Source of the DNA: a virus
Strand: one strand, 5' to 3'
IMG/VR virus record: IMGVR_UViG_3300031949_000008
Span: 1-64,000 of that record
DNA: 64,000 nucleotides
The notes under the pieces are model-generated. The model was given only the letters and a program-made list of their open reading frames with translations, made no database searches and was not told the origin of the DNA. Both the position numbers and the translations under genes were made by a program. Below are positions 38,844 to 48,396 of the stretch, one piece after another. Each line of letters starts with the position of its first letter. Position 1 is the first letter of the stretch.

Positions 38844-39409
38844 TTCACCACTCTTAAATAAAATCCTAATTTTTCAAGTATATTATTATATAATTTATAT
38901 TGCATTTTTTGTTCTAGTGTTGCCCATGTAGCAAATCTCTTTTCAATATTTAATAAATCAAATGTTGATGTGTGTTTATAATGAGGTACACTATCATCTC
39001 TTATATCCCAATATTTATAACTATCTTCAGCAAATGTAGTTTTATGAGAATAATCTTTATGCTGGCCTTCCCATGAATAATAAGGCACACCGATATATAC
39101 AAATGCTCCATTCACACACACACGCCAAATTTCTTGCATAATATCTCCTACATTTGATAAATGTTCCAAAATATAATCAGCCCAGATATATTTTACAGTA
39201 TCAGATGGTAAAGGAATAATACCTTCTTCAAGATTACAGACAATATCTGGTTCTAAATCTGTGTCAATATCTAATCCATAAAATCCTACTATTCTCTTAT
39301 CTTTGGGGCCACACCCAAGTTCAAGTCTAATTAAATTACCAGCCTGAATATCATCTATGATCTTAGGATTAATAGGAGCATTGCTATTCAATACATATTT
39401 ATGTAACAT
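38840..39409 (-). CDS. Class I SAM-dependent methyltransferase
   Basis: LELGCG, LEHL, EIWRV, VP. Confidence 0.85.
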   Translation of the reverse strand: MLHKYVLNSNAPINPKIIDDIQAGNLIRLELGCGPKDKRIVGFYGLDIDTDLEPDIVCNLEEGIIPLPSDTVKYIWADYILEHLSNVGDIMQEIWRVCVNGAFVYIGVPYYSWEGQHKDYSHKTTFAEDSYKYWDIRDDSVPHYKHTSTFDLLNIEKRFATWATLEQKMQYKLYNNILEKLGFYLRVVK

Positions 39410-40786
39410 TTACATGCCTCTCTGAATAGGGATTTCATCTCTTTCCCTACACTTCCAAAAATCATCCATAAAATGATCCCATGTAAAATCCCATCCATGT
39501 TCTAATAAAAATTTAGCCATAAAGAAATTGACCATATCACCAACTTCCCTACTAGTCCAAATTGGCTGATATCGAAGAGTGTATTCACTCCATTCTTTAA
39601 ATGTTTGTGGCATTCTATATCCTTGATCTTTAAAATCTTCATATAGTTCACTACCAGGATATGGCCGTATAAAAAATAATTTAAATTTCATATAAGGATT
39701 AATTTTATGAGCTTCTTGTAACATTAAAATAGTATCTTTAAAATCTCCTATTTCATCAGAATCAGGAAATCCAGTCATTGTACTTAAGTCAGGAATCATA
39801 CCAAATTTAGTTATTTTTTCTACAAATTGTAATATATGGTCTTTAGTTTGATGCTTCTGTAAACGATCTAATATAACTTGGCTTCCACTTTCCGCTCCTA
39901 TAAGTATCTCTTTAATACCTGCCTTAGCTAATAATTTATATAAATCATCTGAGTAAGAAAGAGCTGCTCTTGCATGAACCAAAATAGAAATAGGTATATA
40001 ATTATACCCTCTTTTAATCCATTTTTCACAGAATTCTATAACTCGTGCTTTTTTACAAAACCATTCATCATCATCTATATTAATATGTGATAATTGTCTT
40101 TTATTCTGAAATATATAAGAAAAATCATCTATAACATTATCTATTTCCCTAAATACATATTTACGTTTTGATATAACTTTAAGACAGCAAAATGTGCAGT
40201 TTTCATAGCATCCAAAACTAGTTAAGTATCCGAAATAAGGCCCATATTTGTTTAAATCAATCATCTCAAATGGAATCTTATGAAACTTAGTAGGTAAAGA
40301 AGGACAACCTGTGTCTAAATAACCCTCTGGTTGCTTCCAGATTACTCCAGAACAAGACTTTTTATTATCGACTATATCATCTGCTAACTGAATTATATTA
40401 TGTTCAAATTGGCCTTTTACTACTATATCTACAAACGGTTCTTTAATTAATTGATCTGGAATTAATGAAGCGGCCCAACCACCCCAAACTATTGGAATAG
40501 AATTATCTATTGATTTTACATATTTAGCAAAATTACCTGCTCCTCTAAGTTGTTGCCCGATTAAACTACTAATGCCAATGAAAATAGGTTTATTCTTTAT
40601 GTAAGTATCTAATATTGCAGGATTATCTACACGAGCATCAAATAATTTAACATCATATCCTGCTTCAATTAATGGCCCTGCTAATGTTAAAATAGAAAAA
40701 GGTACACGGTGTAATCCGTCTGTTTTAATATAAGATAATTCTGGATAATATAATAATATCGTACCTTTCGACTTATTCCATCCCAT
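39410..40786 (-). CDS. B12-binding radical SAM enzyme (class B methylase-like)
   Basis: N-terminal cobalamin-binding fold (IGISS, VWGG), CYENCTFC, GAESGS, PYPGS. Confidence 0.9.
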   Translation of the reverse strand: MGWNKSKGTILLYYPELSYIKTDGLHRVPFSILTLAGPLIEAGYDVKLFDARVDNPAILDTYIKNKPIFIGISSLIGQQLRGAGNFAKYVKSIDNSIPIVWGGWAASLIPDQLIKEPFVDIVVKGQFEHNIIQLADDIVDNKKSCSGVIWKQPEGYLDTGCPSLPTKFHKIPFEMIDLNKYGPYFGYLTSFGCYENCTFCCLKVISKRKYVFREIDNVIDDFSYIFQNKRQLSHINIDDDEWFCKKARVIEFCEKWIKRGYNYIPISILVHARAALSYSDDLYKLLAKAGIKEILIGAESGSQVILDRLQKHQTKDHILQFVEKITKFGMIPDLSTMTGFPDSDEIGDFKDTILMLQEAHKINPYMKFKLFFIRPYPGSELYEDFKDQGYRMPQTFKEWSEYTLRYQPIWTSREVGDMVNFFMAKFLLEHGWDFTWDHFMDDFWKCRERDEIPIQRGM

Positions 40787-41634
40787 TATTCTTTACCTAC
40801 TTTATACCTCTGGCAGAATATCCAGTTATTCTCACTTCCTGTCATATATTCATCAGACGATGTAAGATAACCAGGATCAAAATGTGAACTTAAATATAAT
40901 GATTTCTTCTCTAAATACATAGCATTATATTTAGAAGCTTTGGATATATTCTTCATATATAATACTTTAGCCAATCCTTTCTGAGGATGTTTATTTTCTT
41001 CTAATTGACATACATTCTGTTTAATAACACAATCAGACAAATAAACATTTTCTAATCCTAATTGATTTATACGGATTGGCATATCTAAATCATCACACTG
41101 TAAGTCTTCATTAAAATAACCTAATTGATCTAATACTTCACCTTTTAAAGCCCATACACATCCAACAACTCCTTGTCCTCTTGGTGATATCTGCATCCAG
41201 AAATGTGGTTCTCGTTCTTCTACTTTAACTTCCTTAAAGAACTCTCGCCTTCCATCGCTCTCCATCCAAAATGTAGGTCGTTGTGCCAATGCTGAACCAA
41301 TATCTTTATAACTTAATGCTTTTAATAACAGATGCAAAAATCCAGGAGTTTCGACTAGGCAATCATCGTCCCACTTTATATATGTCTGACCTGGTTTTCT
41401 CAATGATATTAATTGATTATGACCAAAAACGATTCCTGTATTAACCTCATTTTCTATAATAACATCAAAGTTTTTCCTATAAGTATGTATAACTTGTTTA
41501 ACTTCAGGAGTTGCATCTTGATCTAGTATAGCCCATTCAAACTCTGAACGAATAGAATGCTGTAAAATATCTAATATACATCCTAAAGTTGCTTGTTCAC
41601 GTCCTAAGACACACATTCCTATTAAAGGTTTCAT
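40786..41634 (-). CDS. Glycosyltransferase family 2
   Basis: LDQ, NTG, KWDDD (DxD), GYFNE, DDLD. Confidence 0.8.
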   Translation of the reverse strand: MKPLIGMCVLGREQATLGCILDILQHSIRSEFEWAILDQDATPEVKQVIHTYRKNFDVIIENEVNTGIVFGHNQLISLRKPGQTYIKWDDDCLVETPGFLHLLLKALSYKDIGSALAQRPTFWMESDGRREFFKEVKVEEREPHFWMQISPRGQGVVGCVWALKGEVLDQLGYFNEDLQCDDLDMPIRINQLGLENVYLSDCVIKQNVCQLEENKHPQKGLAKVLYMKNISKASKYNAMYLEKKSLYLSSHFDPGYLTSSDEYMTGSENNWIFCQRYKVGKE

Positions 41635-42191
41635 TCTTTGACCGCTAATATATGACATTTAAATTTCACAAAATCTTCAGGAGACATACCTCTACTTAAT
41701 AGTTCTTTGTCATTCTTTAATTCTTCCAGTCGCTCTTCAGTAATATCTTTTACTTCTGAAAATCCAACATCTTTTAGTCGATCAATTAAGAGTTCTGGCC
41801 ACCAGAGCGAACGATGATTATCATATGGATCTTGTCCATTGCCTAAAATATTAGATATAACATATGAAAAATAATTACCACTCTTAAACATTTCTATACA
41901 TCCTTTAAAATTAGGACAAGAAATATATAATGTACCTCGTGGTACTAAAACTCTATAACAATCTTTAAATAATAACCAAAGTTCCGAATAAGTTAAATGT
42001 TCAATAAATTCTATAGTTATAATATCAGATATACTATGATCTTTATAAGGAATCCCTAGACGAAGATCACATTTAAAATCTACTGTTTGATGTTCGATAA
42101 TGTCTAAATTACGATAATTTTTATATTTATCATAGCGATGTTTTAGAGGATTTCTTCCTCCTCCTAATTCTAATTGAATGTTTGTATCCAT
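41631..42191 (-). CDS. Class I SAM-dependent methyltransferase
   Basis: LELGGG, IEHL, YRVL.P.G. Confidence 0.85.
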   Translation of the reverse strand: MDTNIQLELGGGRNPLKHRYDKYKNYRNLDIIEHQTVDFKCDLRLGIPYKDHSISDIITIEFIEHLTYSELWLLFKDCYRVLVPRGTLYISCPNFKGCIEMFKSGNYFSYVISNILGNGQDPYDNHRSLWWPELLIDRLKDVGFSEVKDITEERLEELKNDKELLSRGMSPEDFVKFKCHILAVKE

Positions 42192-42670
42192 TTTCGTTCT
42201 TCCCCATGTCTTTCTCTATGACAATTTGAACATAATACAATACATTTTTTAATCTCTTTAAATACTATTTCTTTATTTGGAATATTAAATGCTAAAGAAC
42301 TTAGCATTTCAGCAATATTATATTTCTTCTTTTTAGGATTAATATGATGAAAATCAATAGCACCTGTATATTTATGATATCCGCAATTACTACATTTATC
42401 TAATGTTAATGACCGTAACCAGGCATTCCATAAAAGTCTATTCCTAAATCTCCATCTTAATCCATTATTTTTACATTTACATGTATGTTGTTCATAATAA
42501 TTTTTTCTATTAACTTTTACTTGTTGCTTATTATCTACATAATATTTTTTATGTTTTATTGATAATCGTATTTTATTCTGTTTATACCATTCTTGTTTAT
42601 ATCTTTTTATAATTTTCTTATGAGCTGCACGATATATTTTATCATATGCGGCTTTTTCAGAGTTTGTCAT
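42170..42670 (-). CDS. HNH endonuclease (paralog of 30376..30792)
   Basis: CSNCGY...AIDFHH...VLCSNCHRE. Confidence 0.85.
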   Translation of the reverse strand: MTNSEKAAYDKIYRAAHKKIIKRYKQEWYKQNKIRLSIKHKKYYVDNKQQVKVNRKNYYEQHTCKCKNNGLRWRFRNRLLWNAWLRSLTLDKCSNCGYHKYTGAIDFHHINPKKKKYNIAEMLSSLAFNIPNKEIVFKEIKKCIVLCSNCHRERHGEERKWIQTFN

Positions 42671-42891
42671 TCATGTTCTCTAAATAACTGATCATTATTT
42701 TTGGTAAGAACTCTAATTAAAGAAACATAATTTATAAATTGTGTTCCTTCTGTCACATCTGCATTTGTTATTTCTTGATGGCAACCAGGACATAAAATAC
42801 TCCCTATATTATGTAACTCATCCTGCGAATAAGGGAGTTTACTCCAGCAGTAGGGTTTCTTGTGAAAGCTACTTCCTAATGACTTAGCCAT
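42667..42891 (-). CDS. Hypothetical protein
   Basis: GGAGG RBS; coupled to neighbours. Confidence 0.5.
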   Translation of the reverse strand: MAKSLGSSFHKKPYCWSKLPYSQDELHNIGSILCPGCHQEITNADVTEGTQFINYVSLIRVLTKNNDQLFREHE

Positions 42892-45055
42892 TGATTACCT
42901 CCATATAATTTTTAACTATTTTATTAGCATCAAATTCTTGTATTTTTAATTGCATACCTTTACGAATACTTTGAATAAACTCAATATCGTTTAATTGTAT
43001 ATTAAATATGTAATCTAAATCATCTATTGTATTAAACCCTAGTGCCAAGTCTTCACCAAACATTTCTGATACCACACTGCATTTTTTATTATAGATGATC
43101 GGACAACCACAAGCTGCTGATTCAAGAATAGTATTAGGACATCCTTCATGTTCTGAGGTAAATAATAAAGCATCTACAGACCTATAAAGATTGACTAATT
43201 GTTTTTGTTGTTTAATTGGACCATAATATACAAGATTTTGATATTGCAAAAATTCTTGCATTGTTTTAGCAGTATCAAGTGTATAGAAATTACCTACAAA
43301 ATAAAATTCTATATTAGGATACTTTTTTACAGCATCAATTGCAAGATCTACTCTTTTATGTGGGAAGATCGACCAGTTATTTACTAGAATTTTTGTGGTT
43401 TTTCCTGGTAAAGGTATAACTGGACTTTTAGTATTGAAAATTTCAGTATCTACTCCATTATATATAATCTTATATTTCTTCTCAATATCTACATAAGATT
43501 TCCATTGCTGTCTAGCCCACTCACTCTGCCATATAATTAGATCTGCTAATTTATAATTATCTTTCATTGCTTCCAAAACACTTGTCTGAATCTCACCTGG
43601 CTGTAATCCTGTTTCATCCCCAAGATAGCTCACAAAAGGTAAACCATCTTGTCTTTGTATCCATTGTACTTTGGGATCTCGTATTTTCGCTGCTCTCATA
43701 ATTTCCGCATTTAAAAATGCTACTGAAATCACATGCTTAACAGCAGGAGAATCCTGATCTACTACTTTATATTTTTTGTCAGTTAATTTAGGAATATATT
43801 TCCTAAGTATATTACTGAAACTTCCTGGGCCGCCATCGCTAGATGATGTTAATATACCAATACTATTATCCTTTTCAATAAAAGCACCAGTAATAGCATC
43901 TCTATATAGAGAATATCTTTTACGAATATCATAATTTTCTTCTATATCTTGCCGTGCTTGTTTTCCTATTTTATCCGCTACTTCTGAATTATTCTTAAGA
44001 TATAATATCTTATCCAGGAATTCATCAGCCGTCTTTACAATATATCCTGTCTCTCCTTCTTTAATACTCTCTACATATGATAATGATGGAGATGAGATAA
44101 TAGGAATACTAGCAGCACCTGCCATTGTATATTTTACTGCGCTCTTAGAATTTAGCCATGTATCTTGCCAAGCTGGAGGAACTATATTTACAAGATCCTC
44201 TTTACTGGCAGGATGTAATATTAAATCTACAGATTTACATAATCTATAATATGTCTCAATAGGTATCCAATCTATATATGTTTTGTGTAAGTTTCTGAAT
44301 GCATTAATTAATGTACGCATTTGAGCAACACCAGCAGAATTAATAATCCATTCTACGTCATCAAATTCTTCCCATCTTTCGTTAGCCTTTTGACACATAT
44401 CATGTGTTAATAAAGCGCCAACCCGACCACCACTTGTAATCAATACTTTATATATAGGAATAGATTCTATATAATCTAGTTTAGGTACGAAATCAAATAC
44501 TGGAAGATTTACATGTGTTGGAACATGTATAATAGGAACTGAAAAATTAGATAAACTTTTAAAGAAATTCTTTAATTCGGTAGTTGCCACAAGAACTGCA
44601 TCACATTGACTGGCCAGTTGAATAGGTGCATTTTGATTAGTAGCTACAAGAAAATCATCAAGATAGTATACAACCCGCACACCTAATCGTTTTAAATGTT
44701 GAATAATTCTTACAGCATTTCCCATACCAAGTTCTTGATGAAATCCTGGATTTGTACCTAATCTAAATAATACCACCCATCGTGGAACATAACGAATAAT
44801 ATCTTGCATCCCTTTTCCTAATGTAAATATAATCTGATATCCTTCCTTCTCAAAATAAGGTACATATTCTTTAATAACTTTATCTACACAACAGTCAGAA
44901 GCTGGCCCGACAAATGAAATTGCCTTATCTGATATTTTGATATCAGTAGATGCCATAACTTGTGGAGGAGCATTCATTGGTATCATTTTAGGTTTTATAA
45001 TTTGTTGATTTCTTGCCCAATATGGAATATTGCCTTTTTTATTATGTTCACCCAT
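42884..45055 (-). CDS. Tandem two-domain GT4-type glycosyltransferase
   Basis: First domain KS.VKY...GETGY; second domain IYNGVD, EGCPNTILES.ACG.P. Confidence 0.85.
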   Translation of the reverse strand: MGEHNKKGNIPYWARNQQIIKPKMIPMNAPPQVMASTDIKISDKAISFVGPASDCCVDKVIKEYVPYFEKEGYQIIFTLGKGMQDIIRYVPRWVVLFRLGTNPGFHQELGMGNAVRIIQHLKRLGVRVVYYLDDFLVATNQNAPIQLASQCDAVLVATTELKNFFKSLSNFSVPIIHVPTHVNLPVFDFVPKLDYIESIPIYKVLITSGGRVGALLTHDMCQKANERWEEFDDVEWIINSAGVAQMRTLINAFRNLHKTYIDWIPIETYYRLCKSVDLILHPASKEDLVNIVPPAWQDTWLNSKSAVKYTMAGAASIPIISSPSLSYVESIKEGETGYIVKTADEFLDKILYLKNNSEVADKIGKQARQDIEENYDIRKRYSLYRDAITGAFIEKDNSIGILTSSSDGGPGSFSNILRKYIPKLTDKKYKVVDQDSPAVKHVISVAFLNAEIMRAAKIRDPKVQWIQRQDGLPFVSYLGDETGLQPGEIQTSVLEAMKDNYKLADLIIWQSEWARQQWKSYVDIEKKYKIIYNGVDTEIFNTKSPVIPLPGKTTKILVNNWSIFPHKRVDLAIDAVKKYPNIEFYFVGNFYTLDTAKTMQEFLQYQNLVYYGPIKQQKQLVNLYRSVDALLFTSEHEGCPNTILESAACGCPIIYNKKCSVVSEMFGEDLALGFNTIDDLDYIFNIQLNDIEFIQSIRKGMQLKIQEFDANKIVKNYMEVING

Positions 45056-45446
45056 ATGTTCTCCTTAAATATTCTTGTGCATTTTGCAATAATATAGGAT
45101 TATCTAATAAATATAAACTTGTGTTGCATTGTATACATAATAATCCTCTCACTTTATTTGTTTTATGATCATGATCTATATGGGGTTTATTTTGTGTTAA
45201 ATCTTTATTACAAATAGCACATTTATAATTTTGTTCATGTAATAATATATCATAATATTCTTCAGTTATATTATATAATTTTTTTAGATCATACTGTCTC
45301 TTTCGTATTTTTATATATGGTAAATTATTATATTTTTTCCTACGCTGGCTATTCATTTGCTTACCTTGTTTTGAATGATTATATTTATCGTTACTTTTCT
45401 TATGTGCCGCGCGTTTTTCGTCAATAGTAAAATATTTTTTCTTCAT
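45048..45446 (-). CDS. Endonuclease VII-family homing endonuclease
   Basis: CAIC...HIDHDH...VRGLLCIQCN. Confidence 0.85.
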   Translation of the reverse strand: MKKKYFTIDEKRAAHKKSNDKYNHSKQGKQMNSQRRKKYNNLPYIKIRKRQYDLKKLYNITEEYYDILLHEQNYKCAICNKDLTQNKPHIDHDHKTNKVRGLLCIQCNTSLYLLDNPILLQNAQEYLRRTYG

Positions 45447-46591
45447 ACATCGTTGATTCCTTTAATTATTTTAAGATTTTGTATTCTTTCTGCTTCTTTG
45501 AAATTCCATATTGTATTTTCATATCCTGGAACTTTAAGATCTGTATCTTTAAACTTATTAAAAGCATCATAAAATATAGCAGCGTGTTCAGCTATATTTA
45601 GATTAATATCCTGATTTTGCAGTACCCAATAATATGCTCTACGTGCTTGTGCTTCTCTCTCTTCTTGATGTTCAATCAGGAATGATAATGCTTTTACCCA
45701 ATTTTCCGTACTATTCTTCTCTGGTAAAATTGCTACTTCTTCTTTATCTAATCCTAAATAAGGTAAAATAGGAGATAAAATACAAGGAATACCAAGAATA
45801 GCATATTCAGAAAATTTCCTATGTGTTTTTCCCCAATTAAATGGATTATCTTGCAATGGAGCTATTCCAATATCAAAATCAAGTGATGCAAGAGCTGGAT
45901 AAAAGGCATCTACTGGTACGAAATCAAAGTATTCCCATTTATTTTTAGGAAGTTTTGCTACAGAAGGAGGCAACCATCCCATCATAATCCATCTAACTTG
46001 TGAATATTTTTGAGTAATTGCTGAAATTACATCTTTTATAATTTCAGCATCTGATGAATGATGAACTGTTAAATGCCAACCAATTCTAATTGTATCTTCC
46101 TGCCCTTTATCTCGACCAGGAGCTACAAACTCATTATAATGTGGTTCAACTAAATTGCGTTCAACATAAACATTAGGATTAAATTTTAATGCTAATTTCT
46201 TCAAATATGGTGTTGATGTAGTCAAAAAATCTACTTCACGAAGAATTTGTTCATATCTTGCTAAGGTTTCGCCTTGATATATCTGTTTAGCAGGATTACC
46301 ATCTGGTAATTTCCATACATTATCGTCAATATTGCTTCCGACTATTATTCCTTTTTGTTTCAATGCTCTTGTAAGCATCAACGATTCTGGCAAATATTGC
46401 CGTTGCCACATTACGATATCTGCTTCTGAGGAAGCTATTGCTTTTTCTAAAGTATATTCAATTCTTCCTTTAAGTAAATTATACTTATGAAAATATTGTA
46501 AAGGCAACCATTGCACGTGGAAAGAGGGCCCGCTTTGGTCACTGGCCAAAAATAGCACTTTTAGTTGTCGATTTATATCATTCACAATCAC
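45443..46591 (-). CDS. Glycosyltransferase (GT-B/GT4-like)
   Basis: QRQ, IDD, RIGW, DIGIAPL..NPFN..K...K..EY. Confidence 0.85.
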   Translation of the reverse strand: MIVNDINRQLKVLFLASDQSGPSFHVQWLPLQYFHKYNLLKGRIEYTLEKAIASSEADIVMWQRQYLPESLMLTRALKQKGIIVGSNIDDNVWKLPDGNPAKQIYQGETLARYEQILREVDFLTTSTPYLKKLALKFNPNVYVERNLVEPHYNEFVAPGRDKGQEDTIRIGWHLTVHHSSDAEIIKDVISAITQKYSQVRWIMMGWLPPSVAKLPKNKWEYFDFVPVDAFYPALASLDFDIGIAPLQDNPFNWGKTHRKFSEYAILGIPCILSPILPYLGLDKEEVAILPEKNSTENWVKALSFLIEHQEEREAQARRAYYWVLQNQDINLNIAEHAAIFYDAFNKFKDTDLKVPGYENTIWNFKEAERIQNLKIIKGINDV

Positions 46592-46624
46592 TCCTTAAAT
46601 CATTAATTTATAACATCTCCTATA

Positions 46625-46657
46625 TATATAAATAGGAGAATCACTCTTTTTGTGACA
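46625..46657 (-). promoter_or_regulatory. Phage promoter motif TGTCACA-N15-CTATTTATATA heading the glycan operon
   Basis: Exact motif on the minus strand. Confidence 0.75.
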
Positions 46658-46672
46658 TAAATTTATTAATTT

Positions 46673-46717
46673 TATACCCATTGATTAATAAATTGCTTAA
46701 ATTAATCAATGGGTATA
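46673..46717. repeat. 17-bp perfect inverted repeat (hairpin/terminator-like)
   Basis: TATACCCATTGATTAAT-N11-ATTAATCAATGGGTATA. Confidence 0.7.
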
Positions 46718-46764
46718 TTTCTAATGAAATTAGATACTTAGGTAGGATTTAAGGTAGGATAAAC

Positions 46765-47160
46765 TTAAGTTAAACTATGACCAAATGCAACAAATCGTAC
46801 TGTAAATCCAGATAAATCAGTTGCACTCGCTACTTCAGCAGCCATAACGGATGTGGATGGTGCTCCACCAGTTCCAGAAGTCTGCCCAAATGCCATGACT
46901 GTTTGATTGTCATAGTTATATTGAGCAACAAAAGACTGTCCTTTTCCTGCCACTCCTGCGCTAGGTTCTACTGAAAAGGTCACAAACATAATGTCAGCTA
47001 AGCCTACATCAGAAGCTGATAAAGCCTCTCCACCAGTAATATAAGAAGAATCCATAACAAATTCTCCCATTGTCATTACGATATCATGACCAAATCCACC
47101 TCTTATAGGTCGTGCTGCTCCTACAGGATTATAACCTGTACGTGTAAAAGTAAGAGCCAA
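46765..47160 (-). CDS. Putative virion decoration/structural protein
   Basis: DSSY.TGGE and EVA..TDLS motifs, Gly/Ser/Thr-rich, strong GGAGG RBS with TTG start. Confidence 0.6.
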   Translation of the reverse strand: MALTFTRTGYNPVGAARPIRGGFGHDIVMTMGEFVMDSSYITGGEALSASDVGLADIMFVTFSVEPSAGVAGKGQSFVAQYNYDNQTVMAFGQTSGTGGAPSTSVMAAEVASATDLSGFTVRFVAFGHSLT

Positions 47161-47195
47161 ATTAATCGCCTCCTTTTATAATAATATTAATTACT

Positions 47196-47211
47196 TATAC
47201 AATATTGTATA
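47196..47211. promoter_or_regulatory. 16-bp perfect palindrome TATACAATATTGTATA
   Basis: Intergenic, upstream of the 131-aa gene. Confidence 0.4.
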
Positions 47212-47218
47212 TTGACCT

Positions 47219-47404
47219 TTATTCATATTCCCCAAATGGATTATCTTTCTTCTTCTTTGCTGTTGATCTGCCTTCTATTCGTTTCTTTGATTCACGTACT
47301 GCACCAACACCAGGAATCCAAGAAGGAATATAATCTAAAACATTTTCTACAGTAGATTTCTTCTTTGAAACTTCAGGTGTTTCATTTAATGTTTCATGTG
47401 CCAT
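47219..47404 (-). CDS. Hypothetical protein
   Basis: AGGAGG RBS. Confidence 0.55.
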   Translation of the reverse strand: MAHETLNETPEVSKKKSTVENVLDYIPSWIPGVGAVRESKKRIEGRSTAKKKKDNPFGEYE

Positions 47405-47417
47405 ATTTTTCCTCCTT

Positions 47418-47603
47418 TTAATAAGATAGAGATTTCAGGTCTTCTTGCTTAGATTCTTCAAGGTCAATTTTAGGGAATGGACCTATTCTACGTGGTTTTA
47501 CTGGTAAATCTTCTATACTATAAAGTTTTCCAACTTTAAATCTCTTCTTTATTCTATTTTGTTCTGCATTATATGCTTTATCAATTTCTGCTAATGTTGG
47601 CAT
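47418..47603 (-). CDS. Hypothetical protein
   Basis: AGGAG RBS; coupled start. Confidence 0.55.
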   Translation of the reverse strand: MPTLAEIDKAYNAEQNRIKKRFKVGKLYSIEDLPVKPRRIGPFPKIDLEESKQEDLKSLSY

Positions 47604-47914
47604 TATTTATCTCCTATTTTATCCAATAATTTATAAATTAAATCAAATATCATATTCTGAGTGGAAATCATATAATCTAAAAATGGACTTAATTGATTAA
47701 AATTATTAGTCTTTTTAGCAATCATATTAGATAGAATTGTTTCTTTAGAATTCTGTAATCCTAATGAAAATCGTTTCATAGGACTAGACCAATTAGGATC
47801 TGATATATTTCCAAGATCATTAGTTCTAGGAATCTCAATTTCATCTTGGTCAACTGGTAATATCCCAAATATATCTTCTATACTCATTTTCATTCTTTTC
47901 ATTTCTAAAGCCAT
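47603..47914 (-). CDS. Hypothetical protein
   Basis: ORF track. Confidence 0.55.
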   Translation of the reverse strand: MALEMKRMKMSIEDIFGILPVDQDEIEIPRTNDLGNISDPNWSSPMKRFSLGLQNSKETILSNMIAKKTNNFNQLSPFLDYMISTQNMIFDLIYKLLDKIGDK

Positions 47915-47922
47915 ATGATCAC

Positions 47923-48387
47923 CTACTTTAGAGCGATAAATTGACTCTTTCTTAATGCTTTTTCAATCAATGCTAATTGTGTACTTTCAGAAGCCGTAAG
48001 TCCACTTACACCCGTTTCAATAATAACACTTTGCGCTTGTACTGGTTGTGAATATTTAATCTGTACATTATAATTTCCTATAGTTGATATGAAAGGATCT
48101 TCACCAGTATCTGTTAGTAAGATACCGCTAGTGACAGTAAGTGTATGACTGGCCTCTTGTGGTCGAATTCTCCATCCATTCATCAAGAAAATATAAGTTG
48201 CAACATAAGTATATGTAGCTGCATTAACTAATTCCCCACCAACGACAGAAAAGGTCATTAGATACTTACTTCCGCCTTCATCTCTGACCCAATCTTTCCA
48301 TCTAGAATATAGATCTTTTACATCTATTCCTGTTACACTTTCTGTACAAATAATGAGTTTAGTAGTTCCATCAAATATACATGACAT
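47923..48387 (-). CDS. Putative virion structural protein
   Basis: DLYSRWKDW...FLMNGWRIRP, similar to the N-terminus of the adjacent 529-aa protein. Confidence 0.6.
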   Translation of the reverse strand: MSCIFDGTTKLIICTESVTGIDVKDLYSRWKDWVRDEGGSKYLMTFSVVGGELVNAATYTYVATYIFLMNGWRIRPQEASHTLTVTSGILLTDTGEDPFISTIGNYNVQIKYSQPVQAQSVIIETGVSGLTASESTQLALIEKALRKSQFIALK

Positions 48388-48396
48388 AAATCACCA

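Noticed and set aside
46625-46635. TATAAATA (T4 late promoter) as the reverse complement of the motif's downstream box
   Set aside because: That orientation would face away from the downstream genes in most copies, and it ignores the fixed-distance TGTCACA box.
47603-47914. MALEMKR start as a ninth leader-family member
   Set aside because: Only MxLE matches; it lacks the L-x-N part.
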